From: Acidobacteriota bacterium
GTDB lineage: Bacteria; Acidobacteriota; UBA6911; RPQK01; JAJDTT01
Reading direction: 5' to 3'
Assembly: GCA_965263035.1 (NCBI GenBank)
Contig: OZ253580.1
Span: 2,176,001 to 2,240,000, forward strand
Length of the DNA stretch: 64,000 nt
Shown here piece after piece: positions 1-12,859 of the stretch. The notes under the pieces are model-generated. The model was given only the letters and a program-made list of their open reading frames with translations, did no database searches and was not told the DNA's origin. A program made the position numbers and the translations under genes. The first letter of the stretch is position 1, and every line of letters starts with the position of its first letter.

Positions 1-7
1 TTGTGGC

Positions 8-1603
8 TTGTGCTTGATGCTTTTCCTCGTCCTGACAGAGGCCTCCAACCGTCCTAACATCATGGTCATCCTGTCCGATGACTTGGGGTTCTCCGATCTA
101 GGTTGCTACGGTGGAGAGATCGAGACACCGAACCTGGACGGGCTGGCCCGAGGCGGCCTCCGTTTCACACAGTTCTACAATACGGCAAGATGCTGGCCTA
201 CCCGGGCCTCCCTGCTCACCGGTTACTACGCCCAGCAGGTGGGACGCGACGAGCTGCCGGGTGTCCCCGGCGGAAGCAAGGGCAAACGTCCGGCTTGGGC
301 CCACCTGCTCCCCGATACGCTCCGGCCCCTCGGGTACCGCTCCTACCACTCCGGCAAGTGGCACATCGACGGGATGCCCGTGGCCAGCGGATTCGATCGA
401 TCCTACTACCTGCGGGACCAGGGACGCTTCTTCAATCCGAAGGTCCACTGGGAAGACGATCGGAAACTGCCCCCCATCGAGCCCGGCACCGGCTACTACG
501 CCACCACCGCCATCGCCGATCACGCCATCAAGATCCTGCAGGAACATTCCAAAGAGCACGGGGCCAAGCCCTTCTTTTACTACCTGGCGTTTACCGCACC
601 CCACTTCCCTCTCCACGCCCTGCCCGAGGACATCTCCCGCTACCGCGACCGGTATCGACACGACTGGGATCAAATTCGCCGGGACCGGTGGCGGCGGATC
701 CGGGAGATGGGCATCGTCTCCGGTCGGCTCCCCGAACGGGAACCCGACGTGGGGCCGATCCGGGAATTCCCCGGAACCCTGGAGGCGCTGGGACCCGGCG
801 AGGTGAACCGGCCGCTTGCCTGGAGCCAACTGACCGTCAGGCAGCGTGAGTTTCAGGCGGTGAAGATGGCCATCCACGCGGCCATGATCCACCGCATGGA
901 CCGGGAGATCGGCCGGGTGCTGGACCAGCTTCGCCGCATGGACGCCTTCGAGAACACCCTGATCCTCTTCCTCTCGGACAACGGCGCCAGTTGCGAGCTC
1001 ATCGTCCGCAGCGGCGGCCACGACTCGGGGGCGGAACCCGGCTCGGCCGACACCTATCTGTGCCTGGGCCCGGGTTGGTCGACCGTCTCCAACACCCCCT
1101 TCCGCCGCCACAAGATGTGGGTCCACGAGGGTGGAATCGCCACGCCGATGATCGTGCACTGGCCCCGCGGCATCTCCTCCCGGAACGAGTTCCGACACAA
1201 TGCCGGCCACGTGATCGACTTCGTTCCCACCGTCCTGGAGCTGGTCGGGCCGGCAGGCCAAAGGAGTTCGACAGGTAAGCCGGATCCCTCTCCTCCACTT
1301 CCGGGAAAGAGCCTGGTTCCGGTCTTTTCCCAGGATGGAACCGTCGCCCGAGATCACCTCTGGTGGTACCACGAGAAGAATCGGGCGGTGCGGGCCGGCC
1401 GTTGGAAGCTGGTATCGGAAGGCCCGGAGGGTCCGTGGGAGCTCTACGACTTGGAGACCGACCGCACCGAAACCAGCGATCTGGCCTCAGAGCATCCCGG
1501 CAAGGTGCGCCAGATGGAGGAGTTGTGGACGAGACGGATGAAGGAGTTCCGCTCGCTGGCATTGAAAGACCACGCCGAGCGAGATAGGGGGAAAGAGGAG
1601 TGA
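8..1603 (+). CDS. Arylsulfatase (formylglycine-dependent sulfatase); 5' end may lie outside the window
   Basis: PNIMVILSDDLG metal-binding start, C-W-P-T-R (CxPxR) signature followed by ASLLTG, GKWH, FLSDNG, WELYDL. Confidence 0.93.
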   Translation: MCLMLFLVLTEASNRPNIMVILSDDLGFSDLGCYGGEIETPNLDGLARGGLRFTQFYNTARCWPTRASLLTGYYAQQVGRDELPGVPGGSKGKRPAWAHLLPDTLRPLGYRSYHSGKWHIDGMPVASGFDRSYYLRDQGRFFNPKVHWEDDRKLPPIEPGTGYYATTAIADHAIKILQEHSKEHGAKPFFYYLAFTAPHFPLHALPEDISRYRDRYRHDWDQIRRDRWRRIREMGIVSGRLPEREPDVGPIREFPGTLEALGPGEVNRPLAWSQLTVRQREFQAVKMAIHAAMIHRMDREIGRVLDQLRRMDAFENTLILFLSDNGASCELIVRSGGHDSGAEPGSADTYLCLGPGWSTVSNTPFRRHKMWVHEGGIATPMIVHWPRGISSRNEFRHNAGHVIDFVPTVLELVGPAGQRSSTGKPDPSPPLPGKSLVPVFSQDGTVARDHLWWYHEKNRAVRAGRWKLVSEGPEGPWELYDLETDRTETSDLASEHPGKVRQMEELWTRRMKEFRSLALKDHAERDRGKEE

Positions 1604-2820
1604 GACTGAAACTCAGGAATCTCGCTGTCGTCAGCCTGTTGGGATTCAGCTTGACTTCGCTGGTGCCGGGGGAGGCCGGGAACCTGGGAAGGCTCACCTA
1701 TCACCCCTGGGTCCGGGGGCCCTCCAGGCAACCGGGGCAACACCTGATGGAAATTCCGTCGGCTCTGGTCACTGAAAACGGAGAGAAGGTGGAGTCCGCA
1801 GAGGATTGGTATGCGCGCAGGAGACCCGAGCTGGCCGAGCTCTGGACCCGGATTCTGGGCAAGCTGGGTCCAACGCCGGAAGATCGCCGTTGGTTCGGGG
1901 ACATCACCGAAGTCAAAGTCCATAGCCGCCAGGAGCGTGAGGGCTATACGCGGATCCACCTGGGGCTCCCGATCGAGGTCGATTTTTTGCAGGACCACCT
2001 CTTGCTGCTGCCCAAGAACCAGGGAGCTGGACCGTTTCCGGCCGTCATCGCCTGGGCCGCCACCAGTTCCGATTACGATGCCCCGGAGCAGTGGTGGGGC
2101 AGCTACCTGGCCCGGCGCGGCTTCGTGGTCCTGACCAGCCAATCCTTCATCAAGAAGTACCGGGGAGGAAAATCGTTTCTGACGGAGGTGCAGAAGAAAC
2201 TCTATTCCCGTTTCGGCCACTGGCTGCCCCTGGGCAAGATGGTCCACGACGTCTCCCGGGAGGTGGAGTACCTGAATTCCCTGCCGGAGGTGGATGCGGA
2301 CCGGATCGGATTCATGGGGTTTTCCCTGAGCGCCAAGGCGGCCATCTACGTCGCCGCCTTCGTCCCCGAGATCAAGGCGACGGTCTCTTTCGATCCGGGA
2401 GTCGCCCTCAACGGCAGGACCAACTGGTTCAAACCCTGGTACCTGGACTGGCTGAAACGGTTTCCCGGCATCCCCACCCAGGACTACCCGATTCACGACC
2501 TGCGAGGCACCGTCCTGAGTCTGCTGAACCCCGACGTGAGACGCCCCGGACTCGAGCGCAATCACCACGAGCTGATAGCGATGTGCGCGCCCCGGGCCTT
2601 CATGCTCATCGCCGCACGCATGGCCGACCTGCACAACGAGGGCTATTGCAACCGGGCGGCGGAAGTCTACGAAATGCTGGGAATACGGGAACGATTCGAA
2701 TACGTGCCCACCCCGGACGGACACTCGGCGAACGGACCCCACATCGATCCGGCTTGGCAGAGGTTCTTGCGCAAGTGGCTGGTCGAGGCGCCGCTTGACT
2801 TCGCCGGGTACGAAAGATGA
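1600..2820 (+). CDS. Secreted alpha/beta hydrolase (dienelactone hydrolase/esterase-like)
   Basis: Signal-like N-terminus, GPFPAVI, EVDADRIGFMGFSLSA nucleophile elbow, ELIAMCAPR; GTGA overlap with the sulfatase stop. Confidence 0.8.
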   Translation: MRLKLRNLAVVSLLGFSLTSLVPGEAGNLGRLTYHPWVRGPSRQPGQHLMEIPSALVTENGEKVESAEDWYARRRPELAELWTRILGKLGPTPEDRRWFGDITEVKVHSRQEREGYTRIHLGLPIEVDFLQDHLLLLPKNQGAGPFPAVIAWAATSSDYDAPEQWWGSYLARRGFVVLTSQSFIKKYRGGKSFLTEVQKKLYSRFGHWLPLGKMVHDVSREVEYLNSLPEVDADRIGFMGFSLSAKAAIYVAAFVPEIKATVSFDPGVALNGRTNWFKPWYLDWLKRFPGIPTQDYPIHDLRGTVLSLLNPDVRRPGLERNHHELIAMCAPRAFMLIAARMADLHNEGYCNRAAEVYEMLGIRERFEYVPTPDGHSANGPHIDPAWQRFLRKWLVEAPLDFAGYER

Positions 2821-2904
2821 AAAAGGGAAACATCACTCCCAATCTCAATGGAAGCGCGGGGCTTGGTTCTTCCGCGGGAGTTGTCCCTGCCTTGATGGAA
2901 CACC

Positions 2905-5496
<2,592 letters not shown>

Positions 5497-5518
5497 CGGT
5501 GAGGATCCCAGGAGGAAC

Positions 5519-6973
5519 ATGGAGATGGAAATAACGACACACGGGCTCCAGCTCCTGAATCAGACCAGGCGGCATTTCTTCAACCGCTGTTTCGTCGGTC
5601 TGGCCAACGTCGCCCTGGGCCAGTTGCTGACCGACGGCAAGATGTTCGCGGCCGGTGACGGCCGGGCCAGGAACCCCCTTGCTCTCCGGGAACCCCACTA
5701 CGAACCCAAGGTCAAGCGGGTCATCTACCTCTTCATGGCCGGAGGCCCCAGCCAGTTCGAGACCTGGCTCTACCGGCCGGAGTTGGCCCGGTTGCACGGC
5801 CAGCCCGCACCTGACTCGATCATGGAGGGGAAGCGCTTCGCGTTCATGGAGCGCTTCACCAAGGTCAAACCCAAGTTGCTCGGGCCGAAGCGGAAGTTCG
5901 CGCAGCACGGACAGTCGGGAACCTGGGTCTCGGAGGTGTTTCCCCACACCGCCACCGTGGTCGACGACCTCGCCCTGATCCACTCGGTGGTGACCGAGAA
6001 CTTCAATCACGCCCCCGCCAAGCTCTTCTGCAACACCGGATCCACTCGCTTCGGACGTCCCAGCATGGGCTCCTGGGTCGGCTATGGCCTGGGGAGTGAA
6101 TCCCAGGATCTTCCCGGCTTCGTGGTGCTGCGTTCGGGGCAGGAGGACCTGATGGGGGGCGCTTTCATGTGGAGCAGCGGTTTCCTGCCCAGCGCCTACC
6201 AAGGCGTCGAGTTCCTGAAATCGGCCGTTCCGATCCCGAATCTGTCCAGCCCCAAAGGCGTATCGATGACGCGTCAGGCGGCGAAGCTTGCCGCCATCCA
6301 GGATCTGAACCGGATCCATGAGCAGGATTACGGCGACCCGGAAATCGCGACTCGCATCGCTTCCTACGAGATGGCCTACCGTATGCAGACCAGCGGTCCC
6401 GAGCTGATGGACCTGAGTGGCGAAAGCCAGACCACGCTGGATCTCTACGGCGTCACGCCGGGCGAGCCGTCCTACGGCACCAACTGCCTGCTGGCCCGGC
6501 GCATGATCGAGCGGGGCGTGCGGTTCGTTCAGCTTTACCACACCGGCTGGGACCATCACGGGAACTTGAACGAGAAGATCGACGAGGTGGCGTTGCAGAC
6601 CGATCGTCCCACCGCCGCACTCATCACCGATCTCAAGCAACGCGGCCTGTTGGAGGACACGCTTGTCATCTGGGGAGGCGAGTTCGGACGGACGCCCATG
6701 GCGGAGATCCGCGAGAGCGTCGGCCGGAACCACCACATCGAGAACTTTCCCATGTGGTTCGCCGGGGGCGGCGTCAAGCCCGGTCAGACCATCGGAGAGG
6801 TGGACGAGCTGGGCTTTTTCGTGACCAAGGACAAGGTGGAGGTCTACGACGTCCAGGCCACGATCCTCCACCTGCTGGGAATCGATCACACCAAGCTCAC
6901 CTACCGCTACCAGGGCCGCGACTTTCGTCTCACCGACATCGGCGGTCACGTGATCGAGAAGCTCCTGGCTTGA
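5519..6973 (+). CDS. DUF1501 domain protein
   Basis: RRHFF Tat-like motif, VIYLFMAGGPSQ, WDHHG, GEFGRTP, YQGRDFRLTD; GGAGG SD. Confidence 0.92.
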   Translation: MEMEITTHGLQLLNQTRRHFFNRCFVGLANVALGQLLTDGKMFAAGDGRARNPLALREPHYEPKVKRVIYLFMAGGPSQFETWLYRPELARLHGQPAPDSIMEGKRFAFMERFTKVKPKLLGPKRKFAQHGQSGTWVSEVFPHTATVVDDLALIHSVVTENFNHAPAKLFCNTGSTRFGRPSMGSWVGYGLGSESQDLPGFVVLRSGQEDLMGGAFMWSSGFLPSAYQGVEFLKSAVPIPNLSSPKGVSMTRQAAKLAAIQDLNRIHEQDYGDPEIATRIASYEMAYRMQTSGPELMDLSGESQTTLDLYGVTPGEPSYGTNCLLARRMIERGVRFVQLYHTGWDHHGNLNEKIDEVALQTDRPTAALITDLKQRGLLEDTLVIWGGEFGRTPMAEIRESVGRNHHIENFPMWFAGGGVKPGQTIGEVDELGFFVTKDKVEVYDVQATILHLLGIDHTKLTYRYQGRDFRLTDIGGHVIEKLLA

Positions 6974-7044
6974 GACGGGAAGCTGAAAGGACAGGCTCTC
7001 CCGCGCGGCCGGGTCCCCGTTCTACCTTTGAGAAGACCGGGCTC

Positions 7045-8124
7045 TTGTTCCCGCTGAGTTGCTTACCGCTGAGCTGCTTACTGCTCCTTTTTTCGACCGG
7101 CTCCGGGGCTGCCGCCGTTGCGTCCGGTGGAGCCGAAGAGGCGCCTGCGCAATCCGGGGTTGGCGAGAGCCGCCTTCAGCAAGACCCCACGCTCCCGAGT
7201 CCCCGACCCACCCGGTTTCCCAGACAGAAGTTGGATCGTCTGGCGAGTGGATTCGACGGAAGGATCGGCTTCTACGCCCAGAATCTGGCCGATGGCGCCG
7301 AGTATTCCTGGAACGGCAACCAGCGGTTTCCTCCGGCCAGCGTGATCAAGCTGCCGGTCATGATCGAACTCTACCACCAAGCGGCCGCCGGCTCTCTCGA
7401 CCTGGATGCCAAGGAGCCTCTCCCCCACGACGTCTCGACCCACGGCAGCGGCGTCCTCAAGCGCCGCGACGGGCCGATCGCCCTCACCTTGCGCGAGTAT
7501 TGCCGGCTGATGATGGTGCACAGCGACAACATGGCCACCGACCTGGTGATGCGCAAGGTCGGGCTGGAGGCGGTCAACCGGTTCCTGGGGGATCTGGGAC
7601 TGGAAAATACGCGGGCGTCCATGGACTTGGGCCGATGGCACTACCTGATCGTCGGCCTGAGGGACGCTCCCATCTCTCGTGAGAACGATGCCCGGATCCT
7701 GGAACAGATGCGGGCCGGGCTATACGACGACGGCCTCGGGTACTCCGACTCTCTGGTCAACAACGTCTGTGGGCCGCGCGACATCGGATCGCTATTGGCA
7801 AGTCTCTATCGCGGCGAATTGGCAAGCCGGCACGACACCGACGAGATGCTGGATCTGATGCGCACCTCCACCCACAAACGAACCATCGCCAAGTACGTCA
7901 AGGAAGGCATCCGGATAGCCAACAAATATGGCGGAAGCCGAAGGATTGCAGCCGACGCGGGAATTGTCGAGTTGCCCAATGGGGCGGTAGCCATCGCCGC
8001 CTTCGCGCTGGCCAAGGATCCGAGCGATCGATCGGGCCGCGAGATTCTGGCCCGCATGTCGGGCCTCGCCGTCGCCACCTCGGATCCCAACGCCGTTAAA
8101 CCAGTACCGCCTTCCAATCCCTAG
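7045..8124 (+). CDS. Class A beta-lactamase-like serine hydrolase (start uncertain; ORF track start 6754 overlaps DUF1501)
   Basis: FPPASVIK (SxxK), SDN, KYG (KTG-like) motifs; hydrophobic signal segment after TTG at 7045. Confidence 0.8.
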   Translation: MFPLSCLPLSCLLLLFSTGSGAAAVASGGAEEAPAQSGVGESRLQQDPTLPSPRPTRFPRQKLDRLASGFDGRIGFYAQNLADGAEYSWNGNQRFPPASVIKLPVMIELYHQAAAGSLDLDAKEPLPHDVSTHGSGVLKRRDGPIALTLREYCRLMMVHSDNMATDLVMRKVGLEAVNRFLGDLGLENTRASMDLGRWHYLIVGLRDAPISRENDARILEQMRAGLYDDGLGYSDSLVNNVCGPRDIGSLLASLYRGELASRHDTDEMLDLMRTSTHKRTIAKYVKEGIRIANKYGGSRRIAADAGIVELPNGAVAIAAFALAKDPSDRSGREILARMSGLAVATSDPNAVKPVPPSNP

Positions 8125-8223
8125 GAGTCTGCGCGGTAGAAATGATCGTAGCGAGAAAGTAGGGAATCTGGACCGATTCTACCGCTTTCGCAGTAGATCA
8201 ATTTCTGCAGCGCAGGCTCCTAG
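8121..8223. mobile_element. MITE, short copy (95 bp between CTAG duplicates)
   Basis: CTAG-GAGTCTGCGCGG...CGCAGGCTC-CTAG; reverse complement matches 63089-63247 apart from a 64-bp internal deletion and a few substitutions. Confidence 0.85.
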
Positions 8224-8301
8224 CGCTCAAGCCGATCATGACTGCGCCATGCGACCGGCATGGAAAGTCGAGACGGCTCTCGCGGCGGCCCTTCCGGCTC
8301 C

Positions 8302-8331
8302 TTGACTCCGGTCTGTCGCTCTGACTCTAAT
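8302..8331 (+). promoter_or_regulatory. sigma70-like promoter, probably leaderless
   Basis: TTGACT-N18-TCTAAT-N7-ATG(8339); same geometry conserved in the paralogue at 21164-21193. Confidence 0.6.
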
Positions 8332-8338
8332 GGCCTGT

Positions 8339-10354
8339 ATGTCACGCCTTTTCATTGTCATCTCCTCATTCCTATTCTTCCTGAGTCCGCTTTGGGCCCG
8401 CGTCGTCCGGGTGGAGATCCACGAGAGGAATCCGATCCTGGAGGGTGAGCCCTATCCCCTCGTGGGCCCCTACGAAAGGATCACGGGACGCGTGCACTTT
8501 GCCGTCGATCCCGAATTGGGACCCAACCGGATCATCACCGACATCCGGAAAGCTCCCCGCAACGATCAGGGTGACGTGGAGTTCTCCTCCGATTTCGTAC
8601 TCATGAAACCCGTCCGCGTGGAGCGGGGCAACGGCGCCCTGCTCTACGAGGTCTCCAACCGGGGTGGGAAAAACATGCTGGGCTTCTTCAGCCTGGCCCG
8701 GTTCCGCCGCGACCCCATGGCCCGCGAGGATTTCGGGGACGGATTCCTCATGCGCCGGGGATTCACGCTCCTGTGGCTGGGATGGCAGTTGGACCCACCC
8801 CACACTCCCGGAAACGTTCGGGTGTATCCGGCCATCGCCCGGGATCCGGAAGGCCCCGTCACCGGACTGGTGAGATGCGACTTCGTGGTCAAGACCCACG
8901 TCGAACATCGCCTGCTCTCGGACCGCAGGCACATTCCCTATCCCGTGTCCGATCCCAACGACCCCGAAAACTCCATGACGGTCCGGGATGCCGTCGAGGG
9001 CGAGCGCCGGATGATTCCCCGCGACCGCTGGAGATTCGCCCGAATGGAGGGGGGACGGCCGGTGCCCGATCCGACCCACGTGCTGTTGGAAGGCGGATTC
9101 GAGCCCCGCAGGATCTACGAAGTGGTCTACCGGGCCCAGGACCCTCCCCTCGTGGGACTGGGCCCCGCGGCCGTGCGGGACATGATGTCCCACCTCAAGT
9201 ACGAGGGCGATCCGGATCTGTCCATTCCCCGGAGCGCCCTGAATCGCGCTCTGGGGTACGGCAGCTCCCAGAGCGGCCGGTTCCTGCGCACCTTTCTCTA
9301 CCAGGGTTTCAACGAGGACGAGAAGAACCGGCCCGCCTTCGACGGGCTCATGCCACACGTTGCGGGTGCGGGACGGGGCAGCTTCAACCACCGATTCGCC
9401 CAACCGTCCCGGGACGCTCAGCCCTTCTCCAACTTCTTCTATCCCACCGACATCTTCCCCTTCACCGGCACGGCCCAGACCGACCCGGTCACGGGGCAGA
9501 CCGACGGACTGCTCATCCACTTTGCCCGGCCTGAGCTGTGCCCCAAGATCTTCTACATCAATACCTCGTACGAGTACTGGGGCCGGGCCTCCTCCCTGAT
9601 TCACACCACCGTGGACGGAACCCGGGATGTGGAGCCGATGGATCAGGTTCGCCACTACCTCTTTGCCGGAAGCCAGCATTCCCCCGGACGCTTCCCTCCC
9701 GATCGGACATCGGGACAACAACTCAACAATCCCCTGGAGATTCGCTGGACGATGCGCGCCCTGCTCGTGGCCCTGGACCGATGGGTGGCCGACGGCGTGA
9801 CTCCGCCCCCGAGCCGCTACCCCCGCCTGGACCGGGACACGCTGGTTCCCTTTCCCGAGTTCGACTTTCCCCAGTTGCCGGGAGTCCGGGTGCCCACCCG
9901 AATCCACCGGGCGTACCGGGTGGATTACGGTCCCCGGTTTCGTTCGGAAGGTATCGTGAGCTTCCAGCCGCCTCGAGTCGGCGCCCCCTTTCCAATCCTG
10001 GTCCCCAAGGTCGATGCCGACGGTAACGAGCTGGCGGGGATTCGCCTTCCGGAGGTGGCGGTGCCGTTGGCCACGTACACGGGGTGGAACCTCTTCGGCC
10101 CCGGCAAGGGTCCGCCGACGGAAATATGCAGTTTCCGGGGCTCCTACATTCCCTTCGCACGGAGCAAGCAGCAGCGCCTCGACGCGAGTGACCCGCGCCC
10201 GTCCATCCAGGAGAGGTACGGGAGCCGGGATGAGTACCTGGGCCGGGTCGTTGCGGTCGCCCTCGAACTCATGGATGAAGGCTATCTGCTGTCCCAGGAC
10301 GTTCCCCGGATCCTGGAGATAGCGGCTCAGCGCTGGGATTACCTGATGCGCTGA
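8339..10354 (+). CDS. Secreted alpha/beta hydrolase domain protein, copy 1
   Basis: Signal peptide, YEVSNRG, GSSQSGRFLR elbow, EYWGRASSL, DADGNELAGIRLP; paralogue at 21201-23216. Confidence 0.85.
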   Translation: MSRLFIVISSFLFFLSPLWARVVRVEIHERNPILEGEPYPLVGPYERITGRVHFAVDPELGPNRIITDIRKAPRNDQGDVEFSSDFVLMKPVRVERGNGALLYEVSNRGGKNMLGFFSLARFRRDPMAREDFGDGFLMRRGFTLLWLGWQLDPPHTPGNVRVYPAIARDPEGPVTGLVRCDFVVKTHVEHRLLSDRRHIPYPVSDPNDPENSMTVRDAVEGERRMIPRDRWRFARMEGGRPVPDPTHVLLEGGFEPRRIYEVVYRAQDPPLVGLGPAAVRDMMSHLKYEGDPDLSIPRSALNRALGYGSSQSGRFLRTFLYQGFNEDEKNRPAFDGLMPHVAGAGRGSFNHRFAQPSRDAQPFSNFFYPTDIFPFTGTAQTDPVTGQTDGLLIHFARPELCPKIFYINTSYEYWGRASSLIHTTVDGTRDVEPMDQVRHYLFAGSQHSPGRFPPDRTSGQQLNNPLEIRWTMRALLVALDRWVADGVTPPPSRYPRLDRDTLVPFPEFDFPQLPGVRVPTRIHRAYRVDYGPRFRSEGIVSFQPPRVGAPFPILVPKVDADGNELAGIRLPEVAVPLATYTGWNLFGPGKGPPTEICSFRGSYIPFARSKQQRLDASDPRPSIQERYGSRDEYLGRVVAVALELMDEGYLLSQDVPRILEIAAQRWDYLMR

Positions 10355-10381
10355 AGGACTCGTTCAGAGGAGATCGTTTCG

Positions 10382-12721
10382 ACGAAGAAGCTGCTGGCGG
10401 CAACCCTGCTCCTAGCCACGACCCTCCCGGCCAGCGGCCGGCCGGCTCCAACCACGACCGATCTTCCCGACTGGGTGAGCGCTCCCGTGGAGCGGGATCG
10501 GCACACCACGCTGCTGACCCGCTTCGACGCGCCTGACAGCATTCAACCCGACTACGAGCGCGACGGGACGGGGGCGGCCGGACGCAACTACGATGCTTCG
10601 GTCTCCGGCCGATACGGCGGCGGGATCGAGATCGACGTCCCGGGAGCCCAGATCAACCTGCGTGCCCACGGCAACCTGCGCCCGGACCGGGGCACCGTCC
10701 AGTTCTGGGTCCGCAGCAAACCGGGACGGAACATCTGGCGGGACGGGCGCAGGCACTGCTTCTTCTCGGCCGCCGCCGTGCGCCGCGACCTGGAACTGTG
10801 GAAGACGACAGACAACCATCTCCGGCTCTCCTGGGCCGGCCGTCACTGGAAAGGGGACGACGAGGTCGTGGGGACTCTCGACCTTCCGGTCTCCGAGTTG
10901 GAGGCCGAGGGCTGGCACCACCTGCTCTTTTCCTGGGATGACCGGCAGGGCCGGCTCTGGCTGGCCCTCGACGGGCGGCTCCGGAGCCTCTCGGTGGGCA
11001 AACCCCTGGAGGTGGACCGCTTCCACATTCTGTTTCTGGGAGCTTCCTACTATGGGGGAGTGGGCCGTGACGGCCTCGATCCCCGGATCGTTTTGCAGAC
11101 TGCCGGAGCGCGTTTCGACGAAGTGAAGATCAGCGATGTGACGGTCCGGGAGATGCTGGCGTTGCAGGGCCGGGAAACGTACCTGCCGGAGAAGACGGCG
11201 ATGCGGGTCCAGGACGCCGTCTGCCGCCATCTCGATTTCATCAGCCGGCTCCAGGTCGACGGAGCCTGGAGCGCCATCCTCTACGCCTGGCCTCACCTGC
11301 TGCCGGGGGAGACCAGCTACCGCACCTATTTCCATCCCGGCCTGGATCGTTTCATGGAGCTGACCCACGGCAGGAACGGTACCCCGGGAGCGGGACGCCT
11401 CTTCCTGTACGCCTATCAGGTGCTGGGGGACCAGCGCTACCTGGCGGTGGCCCGGAAGGCGGGTGAGTGGCTGCTGTCGGCCCAGCAACCGGAGGGCTAC
11501 TGGGTCAACCACTATGACCGCCACACGGGGGGACGGCCCACACCGCGGCAAGAGGTCCTCAACTCCCGCCGACGGACCATCCACCGGGACTACCCCACCT
11601 TTCAGGACGGCCGCCAGAGCCAGGCCGCCCTCTTCATGGCCCGGCTCTACTTTGTGACGCTGGAGGAACGATGGCTGGAGGCCTTCCGGCGCTCGGCCGA
11701 CTTCATTCTCAAGGCCCAGAACCCCAACGGCAGCTGGGGCTACTACTACGATCTCAAGGAAGGACGCAGCGAGAACCGCAACCAGGACCCCCACGGGGCC
11801 GAGTTCGACAACGGAAACCAGCGCACCCAGCTTCGAGTGATGCAGTTGGCCCATCACCTGACCGGCTTGGACAAATACCGGGATGCCATCGTTCGCAACG
11901 GCGAGTGGCATCTAGCGGCCCAGCTGGGTCCCCCGACCTACGGCTGGGCCCTGGCCTACGACGGACAGAGCCAGCCGGTCTGGTCCCGCGTCTATCACCC
12001 TCCGGGTCTTTCTCCCGGATCCAGCGCCAGTGCCTGTTCGAACCTCTTCTTCCTCTATGACCTGACGGGTGACCGCAAATACCTGGAACCGGTGTCCCGT
12101 TACCTCAAGTGGGAAAAGACCGCCCTGGTCGAGGTGAACGTGGGCGGCGAGAAAGTGGCCATGCGGAGCCAACTGGTGGACCACACCACGGGCCGCCCCA
12201 TCGCCGTGGACCTGAAGAACTGGAAGACCTATTTCCTGGACACTCCCCAGGAGCGGGCGGCGTTCCTGAAGACCGGGTCGGCGTTGTGGGCCAACCCGGA
12301 TCAGCTCTCGGAAGAGGATTTTCCCTGGTCCGTCTTCATGAAGAGACCCGATGGGGCTCGGCTGGAACCGGAGCTGGAAAAGCGCCTGCGGGGACCGCGG
12401 CTCAAGCCCGTCCGCATGACCCGGACCCATTTGGCCGAGTCCGTTTCCCAGTCTGTCGGTGAGGAATTGGAGAAGATCCTGGCTCGGCAGAACGAAAGCG
12501 GAGTCTGGCCGGTTCTGAACACCAGACCGGGCGCCCAGGGCTCCTACAACATCGGGGCCTATTTCCCCCTGGTCGAGTCCCGCGCCTACCGGTTGCTGTC
12601 GCTGCTGGAACGGTCGAAGATCCTGTCGGGAGAGATCCACCGCGAGGTCTGGAGCTTTCCCAGCCTCATCGGGGAGTGGGAATACGACCTGCGCCACCGG
12701 AACTGGATGGCGGACAGGTAA
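10382..12721 (+). CDS. Secreted LamG-like + pectate-lyase-like (alpha/alpha barrel) protein; ORF track start is 10475
   Basis: GTVQFWV and WHHLLFSWD..FDEVKIS (LamG-like), repeated AQxxxGxW motifs; an in-frame signal peptide starts at ACG 10382 behind GAGGAG. Confidence 0.65.
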   Translation, partial: TKKLLAATLLLATTLPASGRPAPTTTDLPDWVSAPVERDRHTTLLTRFDAPDSIQPDYERDGTGAAGRNYDASVSGRYGGGIEIDVPGAQINLRAHGNLRPDRGTVQFWVRSKPGRNIWRDGRRHCFFSAAAVRRDLELWKTTDNHLRLSWAGRHWKGDDEVVGTLDLPVSELEAEGWHHLLFSWDDRQGRLWLALDGRLRSLSVGKPLEVDRFHILFLGASYYGGVGRDGLDPRIVLQTAGARFDEVKISDVTVREMLALQGRETYLPEKTAMRVQDAVCRHLDFISRLQVDGAWSAILYAWPHLLPGETSYRTYFHPGLDRFMELTHGRNGTPGAGRLFLYAYQVLGDQRYLAVARKAGEWLLSAQQPEGYWVNHYDRHTGGRPTPRQEVLNSRRRTIHRDYPTFQDGRQSQAALFMARLYFVTLEERWLEAFRRSADFILKAQNPNGSWGYYYDLKEGRSENRNQDPHGAEFDNGNQRTQLRVMQLAHHLTGLDKYRDAIVRNGEWHLAAQLGPPTYGWALAYDGQSQPVWSRVYHPPGLSPGSSASACSNLFFLYDLTGDRKYLEPVSRYLKWEKTALVEVNVGGEKVAMRSQLVDHTTGRPIAVDLKNWKTYFLDTPQERAAFLKTGSALWANPDQLSEEDFPWSVFMKRPDGARLEPELEKRLRGPRLKPVRMTRTHLAESVSQSVGEELEKILARQNESGVWPVLNTRPGAQGSYNIGAYFPLVESRAYRLLSLLERSKILSGEIHREVWSFPSLIGEWEYDLRHRNWMADR

Positions 12722-12859
12722 GAGAAAGGCTCCCCCACCGGCTGCGGGCCGGCGAAATCCAAATAGAAACACGGGTGGTCTGGGAGCAGGGGCTTAACAG
12801 CCGCCGGATTCGGGTCGGTGTTGAAGAGGGGGACAAGAATGTCCCCCCTCCTACTTTCC

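Noticed and set aside
7051-7080. 15-bp tandem duplication (PLSCL x2)
   Set aside because: Two in-frame copies in a signal peptide; no evidence of phase variation
7045-8124. Bona fide antibiotic-resistance beta-lactamase
   Set aside because: KYG instead of KTG and no recognisable ExxLN omega loop; only the fold family can be supported
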